A stretch of DNA of 64,000 nt, from assembly GCA_963718615.1 (NCBI GenBank), contig OY970368.1:160001-224000 (forward strand). The letters are read 5' to 3'. The DNA is from an uncultured cyanobacterium. GTDB lineage: Bacteria; Cyanobacteriota; Cyanobacteriia; PCC-9006; JAAUQQ01. The notes beneath the pieces were generated by a model. The model saw only the letters and a list, made by a program, of their open reading frames with translations. It searched no databases and had not been told where the DNA came from. Position numbers and translations under genes: made by a program. Below are positions 49,727 through 59,805 of the stretch, in pieces. Positions within the stretch are counted from its first letter, which is position 1, and each line of letters starts with the position of its first letter.

Positions 49727-50991
49727 CCCTGCGTTAGTTCCTCATAAAGCTTCGCCGCTGCGCGTTGGAGCGATCGCAAATTCCCCCGACTCTCCGCCCA
49801 CAACAACCGTTCCTGCTCCGCCGAACCCATAACCCCCGTTCCCGCCACCCCCTCCTGCCAAAACGCCATCACCTCCGCTTCCGTGAGGAGATTCACCCGC
49901 GTCGTTTGGCCATCAAAAAAATCCGCCAAGGGCGAAGACCGAGTGGGACTATCGGGAAACAGCTCCCGCAACTCTCGCTGACTGGCCACCACAAGCTGAA
50001 GCGGCGAATTGGGCAAATCCGCCATGCCCTTGAGCCAGTTGCGCGTCGGTTCTGGGAAAAACGCCTCATTGGACAACACATGAATTTCGTCAAGGCAGAG
50101 AACATAACGCCGCTGTTGTCGGAGCAGTTGCCGTTCTAGCCGATATTGCGTACAGGGCTCCAGTTCCAGCGCATCGCAAAGCCGCTCGAAAAAACTATGT
50201 TCGTCCCGGACGCGGTGCATATCGAGGTTGATGAACTCTGCGGGCGATCGCCCCAACCGCTCCGGCCCCAAACCACAAATCATCTGCAAAATCGAAGATT
50301 TACCGCTCTGGGGTGGCCCGATCAAGGCCCGACTGCTGCCCTTGCCCAACTCCTCAAAAATCTGTCGCAATAGCTCCTGGCGTCCCCAAAATTTAGCCGG
50401 ATCGGCGATCGCCCGTGTTTCTCCAAAGGGATTGGGCAATGCATTTTCCGTCTGAACGAGCTGCGGCAATCGCGCCAAAATCACCGCCATGGGAATCGCC
50501 CCGCCGCCGAGGGATTGGGAGCGATCGCGCGTAAACTTCACCATCCCACACACCCGCCCCGTGCGCAGATTCAGCAACGGCCCACCACTCATCCCCGGAC
50601 GCACCTGCCCCTGCTTAAACTTAATGAAATTCTGCCCCGTAATCCCTTCCACCTCAAAGGTTGCAGGCTCTCCCTCCGGAGTTTCATCAGAATAGCCATA
50701 GAGTGAAACGCGATCGCCTTGCAACACCGACAAATCCAGCTTGGCTGCGATGATCGCCTCTGCCTCCACCTCCAACAACGCCAAATCCGTCGTTTCACAA
50801 CGATCTAAAACCGTCGCCTTGCCCAGCTCTCTGCCATCCCACCGCAAAAATAAATCCGACCCCACATCGCGAACCACATGGGCACAGGTCAACACCCAAC
50901 CCGCACCCACCCAAAAGCCTGTCCCATGGCCGCTCTTGCCGGGACAATAAATCTTCACCGTATATCGTGGCAAATCCTCAGGAGCAATCAC
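49723..50991 (-). CDS. trypsin-like serine protease fused to STAND ATPase
   Basis: GTGFWV..LTCAHVV, TDLALL, GMSGGPLL; NPFG..FWGRQELL, GPPQSGKSS, LCLDEIH. Confidence 0.88.
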   Translation of the reverse strand: MIAPEDLPRYTVKIYCPGKSGHGTGFWVGAGWVLTCAHVVRDVGSDLFLRWDGRELGKATVLDRCETTDLALLEVEAEAIIAAKLDLSVLQGDRVSLYGYSDETPEGEPATFEVEGITGQNFIKFKQGQVRPGMSGGPLLNLRTGRVCGMVKFTRDRSQSLGGGAIPMAVILARLPQLVQTENALPNPFGETRAIADPAKFWGRQELLRQIFEELGKGSSRALIGPPQSGKSSILQMICGLGPERLGRSPAEFINLDMHRVRDEHSFFERLCDALELEPCTQYRLERQLLRQQRRYVLCLDEIHVLSNEAFFPEPTRNWLKGMADLPNSPLQLVVASQRELRELFPDSPTRSSPLADFFDGQTTRVNLLTEAEVMAFWQEGVAGTGVMGSAEQERLLWAESRGNLRSLQRAAAKLYEELTQG

Positions 50992-51344
50992 GCGTTATCT
51001 TGCTGCTCCGGAGGACTTTGCGGCTTCTGGGGTTTGTGCTCCCACTCCATCGTGATTTCCAAATTGCTCTTGCCCTGGCCCCGCACCAGCGCCGCCACCA
51101 AACTCCCCTGCTCAATCTGAATTTCTAGACCAAACTTGACCGTCGCCTTGGTGGGGCGGGCTTTTTGCACGGGTTCCGCGATTGCCTTCAACACTCCCTC
51201 AATCGACTTCGCCACATCCTGAAAAGATAAATCGCCAAAGCTCACATCCTCCCGCCCCTGGGGCACCACCTCAATTTTGAACCGTGTACCGTCTTCGAGG
51301 GTGACGGGGATGGTTTCCGTGCGATCGCCATCAAAGGTCATCAA
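50988..51344 (-). CDS. trypsin-co-occurring domain protein (Trypco1 / CU044_2847 family)
   Basis: GREDVSF, PTKATVKFGLEI..G..KSNLEITMEW; overlaps the trypsin gene start. Confidence 0.8.
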   Translation of the reverse strand: MMTFDGDRTETIPVTLEDGTRFKIEVVPQGREDVSFGDLSFQDVAKSIEGVLKAIAEPVQKARPTKATVKFGLEIQIEQGSLVAALVRGQGKSNLEITMEWEHKPQKPQSPPEQQDNA

Positions 51345-51415
51345 TAATACCCAATTGCTGATACCGAGACTAGTTTAAGGCATTCGCCTAGATCGAGGCA
51401 GTTCGATCACTCCCC

Positions 51416-51826
51416 CTAAACTTCTTGCCCCTCCTTCATGGTCAAATTAAACGCAGCCTCCGTTAGGACCGCCGAACGGTTGCCGCCATTCACCGCCACA
51501 TACCTATCCAATCGGGCCAAAATCTTCTTCGGCATTGTGATATTGATCCGCCGTACCTCGCCCGCAATTTCAGATGGATCGATTTCAATCAACATAAATA
51601 TTCCATCTCGATAATCTGGATTCTGCTGATGCGCCTCTATCGGTAAAGGATCAGGAATTGGCTCATCATCATTGAGCAAACCTTCCAAATGGAAGAGAAT
51701 GGCTTCCCGCGTCATCTTCAAAACTTCATCCATCGTTGAGCCAGCGGAAAAACAACCCGGAAGGTCAGGCACCGTCACACCGTAATCAGAATCTAGATCT
51801 TTATGAATAACGACTAAATAATGCAT
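51416..51826 (-). CDS. hicB: HicB antitoxin
   Basis: YGVTVPDLPGCFSAG, RRINITMP RHH domain. Confidence 0.9.
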   Translation of the reverse strand: MHYLVVIHKDLDSDYGVTVPDLPGCFSAGSTMDEVLKMTREAILFHLEGLLNDDEPIPDPLPIEAHQQNPDYRDGIFMLIEIDPSEIAGEVRRINITMPKKILARLDRYVAVNGGNRSAVLTEAAFNLTMKEGQEV

Positions 51827-51850
51827 ATGTCTTAGCGATCGCACTCTCTA

Positions 51851-52042
51851 CTAACGCTTTTGCCAATCCCATCCTGCCTGCTTGTAAATACTTCTAAGGG
51901 TCCCAACTGGGAAATCCTTCTTGGGATGAGGCACCGTAACCCGCTTACCGTCTTTTTTAAACTGTCGGTGACTGCCACCGCTAGTCTTGACCTCTTGCCA
52001 ATCCTCCTGCATCAGTCTGGCAATGATTTCCCGACTACTCAT
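51851..52042 (-). CDS. hicA: HicA toxin
   Basis: GSHRQFKK..VTVPHPKKDFPVGTLRSIYKQAG. Confidence 0.9.
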   Translation of the reverse strand: MSSREIIARLMQEDWQEVKTSGGSHRQFKKDGKRVTVPHPKKDFPVGTLRSIYKQAGWDWQKR

Positions 52043-52281
52043 GCATTTCAACGATGAGGTATATACACACTATACACATAGAAACACATCTAGACTCGTG
52101 GGAGCTACCTTTGCATGGGTACTACGACGATTCGTCGTAGAGTTTTACCGCTGCGCGTTGGACAGAACAAACAGTCCATGCCCGAAAAATTGTCCGTTGT
52201 CTAGCTATCGACTAGCATAAAGACAGATGAGTTTACAAAACTACATCTCATAACCTATCTACCTACCCCACCAGAATCGCC

Positions 52282-52470
52282 ATGTCATCAGAACAAGCCA
52301 TTCGCGAGAAAGTTGCCCTCATCCAGGAAAAACGGGCCATTCTCGTCAAACTCCTCGACCAACCCAACCTCGGCACCCTCCGGATTGACGTTAATCAAGC
52401 GATCGAAGAAGTCGATGACCTGATTGATGAATTTCAGCAAACCTTCCCCGACCAACCCTCCATTTCCTAG
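52282..52470 (+). CDS. small hypothetical protein
   Basis: 62 aa, NLGTLRIDVNQAIEEVDDLIDEF; looks like a conserved cyanobacterial small protein. Confidence 0.65.
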   Translation: MSSEQAIREKVALIQEKRAILVKLLDQPNLGTLRIDVNQAIEEVDDLIDEFQQTFPDQPSIS

Positions 52471-52486
52471 ACCTCAAAACTAAGCT

Positions 52487-53578
52487 ATGGGCTGTGATTC
52501 CCCGCTCGACCTGGAATTTTTGCGCACCGAGATTCTCCCCCAGGCAGCGCAGCTCGATCGCGATCCCCTCGCCTTGGTTCAGGCGCTGCAATCCCTCGGG
52601 CGGCGATCGCTCCTCACCCTACGAATCGATCCTCAGTGGGGAGGACAAGGGCTAGGCGTTCAGGATTACTGGCAATTTCAGCGGGCGATCGCCCGAGCCT
52701 CGGGAGCCCTAGCTTTTTTGCAAATCCAGCACCAAAGCGCCGCCCAATTGATCGCCCAGGGACAAAACGACGCCCTCAAACAGCAATTTCTGCGACCCAT
52801 GGCCAGGGGGGAATCCCGGATTGGCGTGGGCTTTTCCCAATTGCGACGAGCGGGAGCACCGCTGCTACGGGCTGAGCCGGAGAATTCTGGGTATCGCCTC
52901 AACGGTACAATTCCCTGGGCCACGGGCTGGCAATGCTTTGAGCAGATTGTCGCCGGTGCAGCGCTCCCGGATGGGCAAGCGTTGCTCTGCCTAGTCCCCT
53001 TTGATTCGGTGCAGGCCAATCAGGGACAGATTCGTTGCTCCGCTCCCATGGTGTTGGTGGCCATGGCCAATACTCAAACCGTGGCATTAACCCTGGAGAA
53101 CTGGTGGGTCACTGGGGAGCAGGTGATTGACCACAAGCCTCCCCACTGGTTGCAGCAAGCCGATCGCAAAAATGTGCTGAGCGCGACAGCCTTTCCACTC
53201 GGCGCAGCCCGTGCGGCTCTGGACTTAATGGAAACGCTGATTGCAAAACGGGGGGTGGACGAACTTCAGGCGGATTGGCAGCGGCTAGACCAAGCGGAGC
53301 AAAATTGTTGCCGACGCATCTTGATTGCCCTAAACGATGACCCCAATGATCATCATGATCATTCCTTGAGCTTTGAGGAAAAAGTAGCCTTGCGGGGGGA
53401 GGCGATCGCCCTAGCGGGCCGGTGTGCCCAGGGGGCGATCGCGATCGCCAGCGGTGCCGCCAATGGCATCGATCATCCGGCCCAGCGGATCTATCGAGAG
53501 GTGCTCATGTTCACCGTCATGGGGCAAACGGAAGCCGCGATGGCCGCGACCGTTACGGCATTAGCGCAAGGCTATTAG
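52487..53578 (+). CDS. acyl-CoA dehydrogenase family protein
   Basis: WGGQG, GVGFSQLRR, YRLNGTIPWATG, HPAQRIYRE. Confidence 0.85.
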   Translation: MGCDSPLDLEFLRTEILPQAAQLDRDPLALVQALQSLGRRSLLTLRIDPQWGGQGLGVQDYWQFQRAIARASGALAFLQIQHQSAAQLIAQGQNDALKQQFLRPMARGESRIGVGFSQLRRAGAPLLRAEPENSGYRLNGTIPWATGWQCFEQIVAGAALPDGQALLCLVPFDSVQANQGQIRCSAPMVLVAMANTQTVALTLENWWVTGEQVIDHKPPHWLQQADRKNVLSATAFPLGAARAALDLMETLIAKRGVDELQADWQRLDQAEQNCCRRILIALNDDPNDHHDHSLSFEEKVALRGEAIALAGRCAQGAIAIASGAANGIDHPAQRIYREVLMFTVMGQTEAAMAATVTALAQGY

Positions 53579-53587
53579 CGCAAGGCC

Positions 53588-55222
53588 CTATTCCCACTCA
53601 ATCGTGCCAGGGGGCTTCGACGTAATGTCATACACTACCCGATTGACCCCATCCACCTCATTCACAATTCGGTTGGCAATAATCTCCAGAAAGTCGTAGG
53701 GAACCCGCGCCCAGTCTGCCGTCATGCCATCTTCACTACTCACCATCCGCAACACAATCGGATAGGCATAGGTTCGCTGGTCGCCCATGACGCCCACACT
53801 CCGAACCGGCAGTAATACCGCAAAGGCCTGCCAGAGATCGTTGTAGAGCCCATGGCGATTGACTTCCTGCCGGACAATTAAGTCCGCATCCCTGAGAATA
53901 TTGAGTTTCTCGGCGGTGACTTCCCCTAGGATTCGAATGGCCAGACCGGGGCCGGGGAAGGGCTGACGGTTGACAATTTCATCCGGGAGACCGAGGGAGC
54001 GTCCCACCTTGCGCACTTCATCCTTAAACAACTTCCGCAGCGGCTCCACCAGCTTGAACTGCAAATCCTTGGGTAAACCGCCTACGTTGTGATGGCTTTT
54101 AATTTTCACCGCCACCCGTTCGCCGGTTTTGGGGTCCACATTGGTATCCGCCGATTCAATCACATCGGGATAGAGCGTGCCCTGGGCCAGGTAGTCAAAG
54201 GGACCCAATTCCCTAGATTTTTCTTCGAATACACGGATGAACTCGTGGCCAATGCGCTTGCGCTTTTCTTCGGGATCCGTAATGCCTTTGACCTGTTCGA
54301 GGAAGCGATCGCGCGCTTGCACATGCACCACATGGATATGAAACTGTTCTTCAAAGAGCTTCACCAAGCGCTCCGGCTCCCCCTTTCGCATGAAGCCCTG
54401 GTCAATAAACATACAGGTGAGCTGGTCACCAATGGCCCGGTGGAGCAAAAAGGCCAGTGTCGAAGAATCTACCCCGCCAGACAATGCCAGCAACACCCGC
54501 TTATCGCCAACCTTGGCCTTGACTTCGCGAATGGCCTCTTCCACAAAAACTTCCGTCGTCCAGGTGGGTTCGCATTCGCAGATGTGATAGACAAAGTTGC
54601 GAATCAGCGCCATGCCGCCGATGGAATGGACAACCTCTGGGTGGAACTGGACGCCGTACATGCGTTTTTCGTGGTGGGCGATCGCCGCACAGGGCGTATT
54701 CTCCGTGTGGGCCATGACCTCAAAGCCATCTGGCATCTGCGTAACCGAATCCCCATGACTCATCCACATGGTGGACCCCTGTTCCACATTGGTCAGCAAA
54801 TCCGTGGGGTCATCGATCTGAAGCGATGCTTTGCCATATTCTGCTCGATTGGCTGCCTCGACACTGCCACCGAGTTGCTGTACCATCAACTGCATACCAT
54901 AGCAAACCCCTAAAACAGGAATGCCCAAATCCCAGATTTTTGGATCGCAATGGGGAGCACCTTCAACGTAGACGGAATTGGGTCCGCCGGAAAGGATAAT
55001 GCCCTTAGGATTGAGTTGCTGAATCTGTTCAGCAGGCGTTCGATAGGACAGCACTTCAGAATAGACTTCAGTCTCTCGAATGCGACGGGCAATCAGTTCA
55101 GAATACTGAGAACCGAAATCTAAAATGACAATCATTTGTCGATTAATAGCAGCTTGTAGATCCGGATCGAGGTCTACATTAGCGACGGTAGATGTTGACA
55201 AGGTTTGGGAAGATGAAACCAC
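53588..55222 (-). CDS. guaA: GMP synthase (glutamine-hydrolysing)
   Basis: [49 protein letters not shown]. Confidence 0.98.
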   Translation of the reverse strand: MVSSSQTLSTSTVANVDLDPDLQAAINRQMIVILDFGSQYSELIARRIRETEVYSEVLSYRTPAEQIQQLNPKGIILSGGPNSVYVEGAPHCDPKIWDLGIPVLGVCYGMQLMVQQLGGSVEAANRAEYGKASLQIDDPTDLLTNVEQGSTMWMSHGDSVTQMPDGFEVMAHTENTPCAAIAHHEKRMYGVQFHPEVVHSIGGMALIRNFVYHICECEPTWTTEVFVEEAIREVKAKVGDKRVLLALSGGVDSSTLAFLLHRAIGDQLTCMFIDQGFMRKGEPERLVKLFEEQFHIHVVHVQARDRFLEQVKGITDPEEKRKRIGHEFIRVFEEKSRELGPFDYLAQGTLYPDVIESADTNVDPKTGERVAVKIKSHHNVGGLPKDLQFKLVEPLRKLFKDEVRKVGRSLGLPDEIVNRQPFPGPGLAIRILGEVTAEKLNILRDADLIVRQEVNRHGLYNDLWQAFAVLLPVRSVGVMGDQRTYAYPIVLRMVSSEDGMTADWARVPYDFLEIIANRIVNEVDGVNRVVYDITSKPPGTIEWE

Positions 55223-55584
55223 TGCGGTTACCCTGGTAGCGTGAATGATAATGATGGGAGATGTATGAAAAACAAAAACCAGGCTTCGCAGAAGCGCTGA
55301 CTGCGAAGAGAAGGAACTAGACCCCTAAGCGAACCCTAAACGGAAATCAAAAAGGATTTTGAAAAATAGAATTACAGAGACAGAATTACAGAAATGGGGG
55401 GCTTGAGTAAAGCCAAAGCGATGACAAATTCCAGCGTGAGTCGCTGGATGTGAATGGCCTACTGTGAATGGCCCAGTGTGAGTCACTGGATTTGAAACGT
55501 TAAGTTAAATCAATATTCAGAATAATCTAGCATATGACGATCGCAATTGAGCGCGATCGCCAGCTTTCTGGAGATTTCGTCACC

Positions 55585-56718
55585 TTAGATTATTTTTCTT
55601 CTCAGATTGACAGCATTTTGGCTCGTCACAATAATTTGACGGTGGCGATCGAAGAGGATCGAGCCGACTTGGGTGGGAGGATGGCCGGTATCGCCGCAGT
55701 GGGTGTGGATGTAGGTGGTGGCACGCTGGTCGATGCGCTGGGCGATGGTGGTGTAGAGGGTTGGGGGGTTGGGGAGTTGGGCTGGGGGATCTTGTGATCG
55801 CAATAGATCTAGGCCAGCTTCGATGGTGGGGCTTTCGTAGAGCTTTTGTAGAAGGGGGGTGGGGAGGCCTTGGTGGGCGGCGATCGCGGTCAAGATTTCC
55901 TGGCGTCCATCGGCGATGTGGTGGTGGGTGTGAAAAATCCCGCCTGCCAGTTTGATCAGTTTGCCGTGGTAACCCAGGAGAATGATCCCCTCAACCCCCT
56001 GCATTCCGGCTTCGACCAGCAGAGGACCGAGCCAGTTGGCGGTTTTGACGAGGCGATCGGGCGGAAATCCGAGGCTGGGGGCGAGGGCGAGGCCGTTTTC
56101 GCCAATGCAGAAGACCAGGTGTTTGTATTCCTGGGCCTTAACCCGGAGTTGGTCGCGGAAGGTTTCGAGCTGGTCCGGGGCGCTGAGGGGGTGAGAGATG
56201 CCGCTGGTACCGAGGAGCGAGAGTCCTTCGACAACGCCAAAGGCTGCGTTGGAGGTCCGCTCGGCGAGGGCGCGGCCTTCGGGCAGAATAATTGTCACCC
56301 GTAGGGTTTGGTGGGCTGGACGATATTTTTCCAGGTTTGTCAGCAGCAGTTGACGGGCATAGGCGTAAATTGCCTCGGGACCGGCCCCCGCATCCCGTTT
56401 GCCGATGCCTTCGCCCCCTTGGATAGTGATTGGAATAGTCATTGCCTCGGTCTGACCGACAGGATCAAGCTCAACCTTGGCCCAAACCGGGGTATCACGG
56501 GTTAAATCCAGATTATCGCCGGGATCGCTGCGGCAAATGGCGAGGGCGCTGGTGGCGGAGAGGGGCGCGGCTTGGTCGATGGCGATCGCCACGGTTTCAG
56601 CGGGCTCGATCAGATCTACCTCTACTTGAGTCGGAGGTTGGGAGTCGAGTAGGGTGCGCAGGGCGGCGATCGCCGCAGCGCAGGCGAAGACGGGAAGGGT
56701 GTAGCCGGAGCGGGGCAT
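55585..56718 (-). CDS. cbiD: cobalt-precorrin-5B C1-methyltransferase
   Basis: RSGYTLPVFACAAA, SDPGDNLDLTR, RTSNAAFGVVEGLSLLGTSG, GIFHTHHHIAD. Confidence 0.95.
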   Translation of the reverse strand: MPRSGYTLPVFACAAAIAALRTLLDSQPPTQVEVDLIEPAETVAIAIDQAAPLSATSALAICRSDPGDNLDLTRDTPVWAKVELDPVGQTEAMTIPITIQGGEGIGKRDAGAGPEAIYAYARQLLLTNLEKYRPAHQTLRVTIILPEGRALAERTSNAAFGVVEGLSLLGTSGISHPLSAPDQLETFRDQLRVKAQEYKHLVFCIGENGLALAPSLGFPPDRLVKTANWLGPLLVEAGMQGVEGIILLGYHGKLIKLAGGIFHTHHHIADGRQEILTAIAAHQGLPTPLLQKLYESPTIEAGLDLLRSQDPPAQLPNPPTLYTTIAQRIDQRATTYIHTHCGDTGHPPTQVGSILFDRHRQIIVTSQNAVNLRRKII

Positions 56719-56766
56719 GGGGGTGATGGGGTGATGGGGTGATGGGTGATGGGGTGATGGGTGATG
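56719..56766. repeat. 7-8 bp STRR-like tandem repeat (GGGGTGAT)n
   Basis: About six copies of g(g)ggtgat immediately upstream of the cbiD start. Confidence 0.8.
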
Positions 56767-56943
56767 AATAGATTAAAAGGCCGTTAATTTTTTGGGGATG
56801 GGCTATTTCAATCGTGGCGGAAAATCGTACCCTAGAAAACCTAAGCGATGCTCACTGGCGATGCTCGCCCATCGTCATCGATCATCGCCATCGTCAACGC
56901 TTTAGAAACCCTCAGACCGCTCACGCGCAGGAAGTGAAGACCC

Positions 56944-58107
56944 ATGGACGACAAACTGATGCTAATGATTCCGGGGCCTACTCCGGTACCGGAGCGGGTG
57001 CTCCAAGCCATGGGCAAGCACACCATTGGTCACCGGACGGCGGCGTTTAGCGCGATCGCCAAGGAGGTCACCGCTGGGCTCAAGTGGCTACACCAAACCG
57101 AAAGCGATGTGTTAGTCGTGGCGGCTAGCGGCACCGGGGCCATGGAAGCCGGGATTATTAATTTTTTGAGTGCGGGCGATCGCGTCATTGCTGCTGATAA
57201 TGGCAAATTTGGCGAACGCTGGGTGAAGCTCAGCCGCGCCTTTGGTCTCGATGTGGATGAAGTCAAGGAAGACTGGGGCAAGCCCTTGGATCCGGAGGTG
57301 ATTCGCCAAAAGCTAGAAGCGGACACCGACAAGCAAATTAAGGCGGTGATCATCACCCACAGCGAAACCTCCACCGGGGTGATCAACGACCTGGAAACCA
57401 TCAGCCGCCATGTGAAGGCCCATGGTGCCCTGATGATTGCCGATGCCGTGACCAGTCTCGGCGCGGCCAATGTGCCGGTGGATGCTTGGGGGCTGGATGT
57501 GGTTTGTTCCGGGTCCCAGAAGGGCTATATGATGCCGCCGGGGCTGGGCTTCGTCGCTGTCAGCCCAAAAGCCTGGAAAGCCTACGAAACCGCAACCCTG
57601 CCCAAGTTTTACTTTGACCTCGGTCCCTACCGCAAAAATGCCGCGAAGGATTTGACCCCGTTTACACCTCCGGTGAATCTTTACTTTGCGCTCCAGGCGG
57701 CGCTGGAGATGATGCAGAAAGAAGGGCTGGACAGCATTTTCGCTCGCCATGCAAGGCTCCAGCGGGCCACCCGTGCGGCGATGCAGGCGATCGGTCTGCC
57801 CCTCTATGCGCTGGATGGGTCAGCTAGCCCAGCGGTAACTGCAGTTTTGGGTACGGATCAAGTGGATGTGGAAAAACTCCGCAAGACCGTGCAGCAGCGG
57901 TTCGATATTTCCCTCGCAGGCGGACAAGACGACCTCAAGGGCAAGATCTTCCGGGTGGGTCATTTGGGGTTTGTGAGCGATCGCGATATTCTCACCGCAG
58001 TAGCCGCGATCGAAGCCGTTGCCCATGAGCTTGGCCATGAGGGCAGCTCTCCCGGCGCAGGTGTCGCCGCCGCCGCCCAAGCCTTGTCTGCGTCGGCTTC
58101 TGCGTAA
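56944..58107 (+). CDS. class V aminotransferase (alanine-glyoxylate/serine-pyruvate type)
   Basis: MLMIPGPTPVP, HSETSTGV, SGSQKG PLP lysine, FRVGHLG. Confidence 0.92.
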   Translation: MDDKLMLMIPGPTPVPERVLQAMGKHTIGHRTAAFSAIAKEVTAGLKWLHQTESDVLVVAASGTGAMEAGIINFLSAGDRVIAADNGKFGERWVKLSRAFGLDVDEVKEDWGKPLDPEVIRQKLEADTDKQIKAVIITHSETSTGVINDLETISRHVKAHGALMIADAVTSLGAANVPVDAWGLDVVCSGSQKGYMMPPGLGFVAVSPKAWKAYETATLPKFYFDLGPYRKNAAKDLTPFTPPVNLYFALQAALEMMQKEGLDSIFARHARLQRATRAAMQAIGLPLYALDGSASPAVTAVLGTDQVDVEKLRKTVQQRFDISLAGGQDDLKGKIFRVGHLGFVSDRDILTAVAAIEAVAHELGHEGSSPGAGVAAAAQALSASASA

Positions 58108-58196
58108 CTTTCTGCGTCGGCTTATCAAGGTGAGTAAGGGCGAACCAAAGTTCGCCCGACTTTGGTTCGTCCAATTCTGACAAAGCGCACCCCGTT

Positions 58197-59624
58197 ATGG
58201 TTGATCCCGATGCGTTGTATCCTGGACAATCAGCCAAGGGCTTGGCTAGCTTAGAAGCATTTAGCGCTATCAGAATTGGCGAAATGCAGCATCCCGTTTC
58301 CCCTTCTAGCCCAGAAGCAGAACGCTCACACCGTCTCAAGGCAGAGGTTTTGGCATTTGTTCAGGCTCACAAAGAGATGCTGCGGCCCCAATTTCAGGCC
58401 CTCGATTGGACAGCAGTAGAGACCGCAGAGAGGTTTCATCAGGCGATCGCCACTCGTCTTCAAGTCACTCCCGACCCTGAGCCAATTCTCCATTGGATTG
58501 GCAATACGCTGCTTCAGCGTCTCTTCACGCCAGAATTTCTAGAGCAACCCCCAAAGCAGAGCTTTGATGCCCATCTCAAGGCATCGCTGCTTGCACCTCC
58601 TGTGCCAACGGAGGGTATTGCAGTATTGCTGCTCGATGCCGAAAATTTACAGCTCGACCCGAAAGAAGAACACTTTTTGCAAACCCACTGTCCTTTTCCG
58701 ATTCAGGTCAAAATTGCCTTCGCCGATTGGCGATCGCTCGGCAAACGCGATCAAGAGCTCCATGCCAGAAGCTACGATCTGATTCACGTGCCAGGGGGAA
58801 AAGACCATGCAGATGGGAAAATGATTGCGATGGGATCGTCGATCCATGAACGTTATCCCCAAACTCAAGCGGTTTTGGTCTGTTCCTCCGATTCCATCAT
58901 GACTAGCTTGCATAATCAACTCAGGCAAAATGAAATTGAGGTCTATCAGGTTGTGCGGTCGAGTAAAGGTCTGACCTTGGTGATTGGGAACAATGGTCAT
59001 CGCCAAGAGAAGGTTTTACCCGCAGTCCCTGAACTGAAATTGAAGGATGCGATCGCCAGTCTCGAAAATCTGATTGATCAAGATTGTGAAAAATCTGGGA
59101 TGCCCATTGCCCGCCTGAGTGCGATCGCCCTGAGTTTTCGTCATCAGCATCAGCTCACCCTCAAGGATGTAGCCAGCCGTCATCAACTGGGTAAGCAGGC
59201 CCTATCGGTGTTTGAGGCTTATCCCGATCGGTTTAGTCTGCATCAATTGGGTCAGCCACTGGAATGGTTTGTCTCCCGAATGTCTGTGGAAACTATCCCA
59301 GCCAAGTTGTCCCCCCAGGCTCAACCTACTTCGCAGTCTGCCCAATCAAAAGCTTCTGGAAAAGCAACCACTTCTCTGCTGCGATCGACGACAGAATTGA
59401 CAAACGTTCTTATTGTATTGATGAAGCAAAACACAACTGAAGCTCAACCGGAATTAGAGTTACCCCTGCTTGCCCAAAAATTTTATCAATCCCAGGGAGA
59501 AGCCATTACCAGCGCACTCAAGCGTCTGAAAGTGAGTAAAAAGTTCGTGACTTTTTTGTCTGCATGCTCGGAATTTAAGGTTCGTCAGGAGCAAAAACGC
59601 TACTGGATCTCGTTCCGCGCCTAG
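58197..59624 (+). CDS. NYN-domain protein with C-terminal LOTUS/OST-HTH-like domains
   Basis: LLLDAENL, KIAFADW, GKDHADGKMI, VCSSD. Start may be 58284. Confidence 0.75.
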   Translation: MVDPDALYPGQSAKGLASLEAFSAIRIGEMQHPVSPSSPEAERSHRLKAEVLAFVQAHKEMLRPQFQALDWTAVETAERFHQAIATRLQVTPDPEPILHWIGNTLLQRLFTPEFLEQPPKQSFDAHLKASLLAPPVPTEGIAVLLLDAENLQLDPKEEHFLQTHCPFPIQVKIAFADWRSLGKRDQELHARSYDLIHVPGGKDHADGKMIAMGSSIHERYPQTQAVLVCSSDSIMTSLHNQLRQNEIEVYQVVRSSKGLTLVIGNNGHRQEKVLPAVPELKLKDAIASLENLIDQDCEKSGMPIARLSAIALSFRHQHQLTLKDVASRHQLGKQALSVFEAYPDRFSLHQLGQPLEWFVSRMSVETIPAKLSPQAQPTSQSAQSKASGKATTSLLRSTTELTNVLIVLMKQNTTEAQPELELPLLAQKFYQSQGEAITSALKRLKVSKKFVTFLSACSEFKVRQEQKRYWISFRA

Positions 59625-59805
59625 GCCAATACTCCGAGATGTAGATACACGAGTATAATCCTATAAAAAAACTGAACCAAGGCTAGCCCACATCCTCTTA
59701 CCCCATCACCATTGGCAAAGCCCATCAAAAAGATAACAGTCAGATGAATATTGTGAAAGTTATCGAGACTTGTTCACGGAAGTGAGAAGCGTTGAGGTGT
59801 TCAAT

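Noticed and set aside
43037-52051. Integron or prophage interpretation of the cassette array
   Set aside because: No integrase, no repeated attC-like sites in the short spacers and no phage structural genes.
55222-55585. Riboswitch upstream of guaA
   Set aside because: Only a short hairpin and small direct repeats; no recognisable purine or cobalamin riboswitch consensus.
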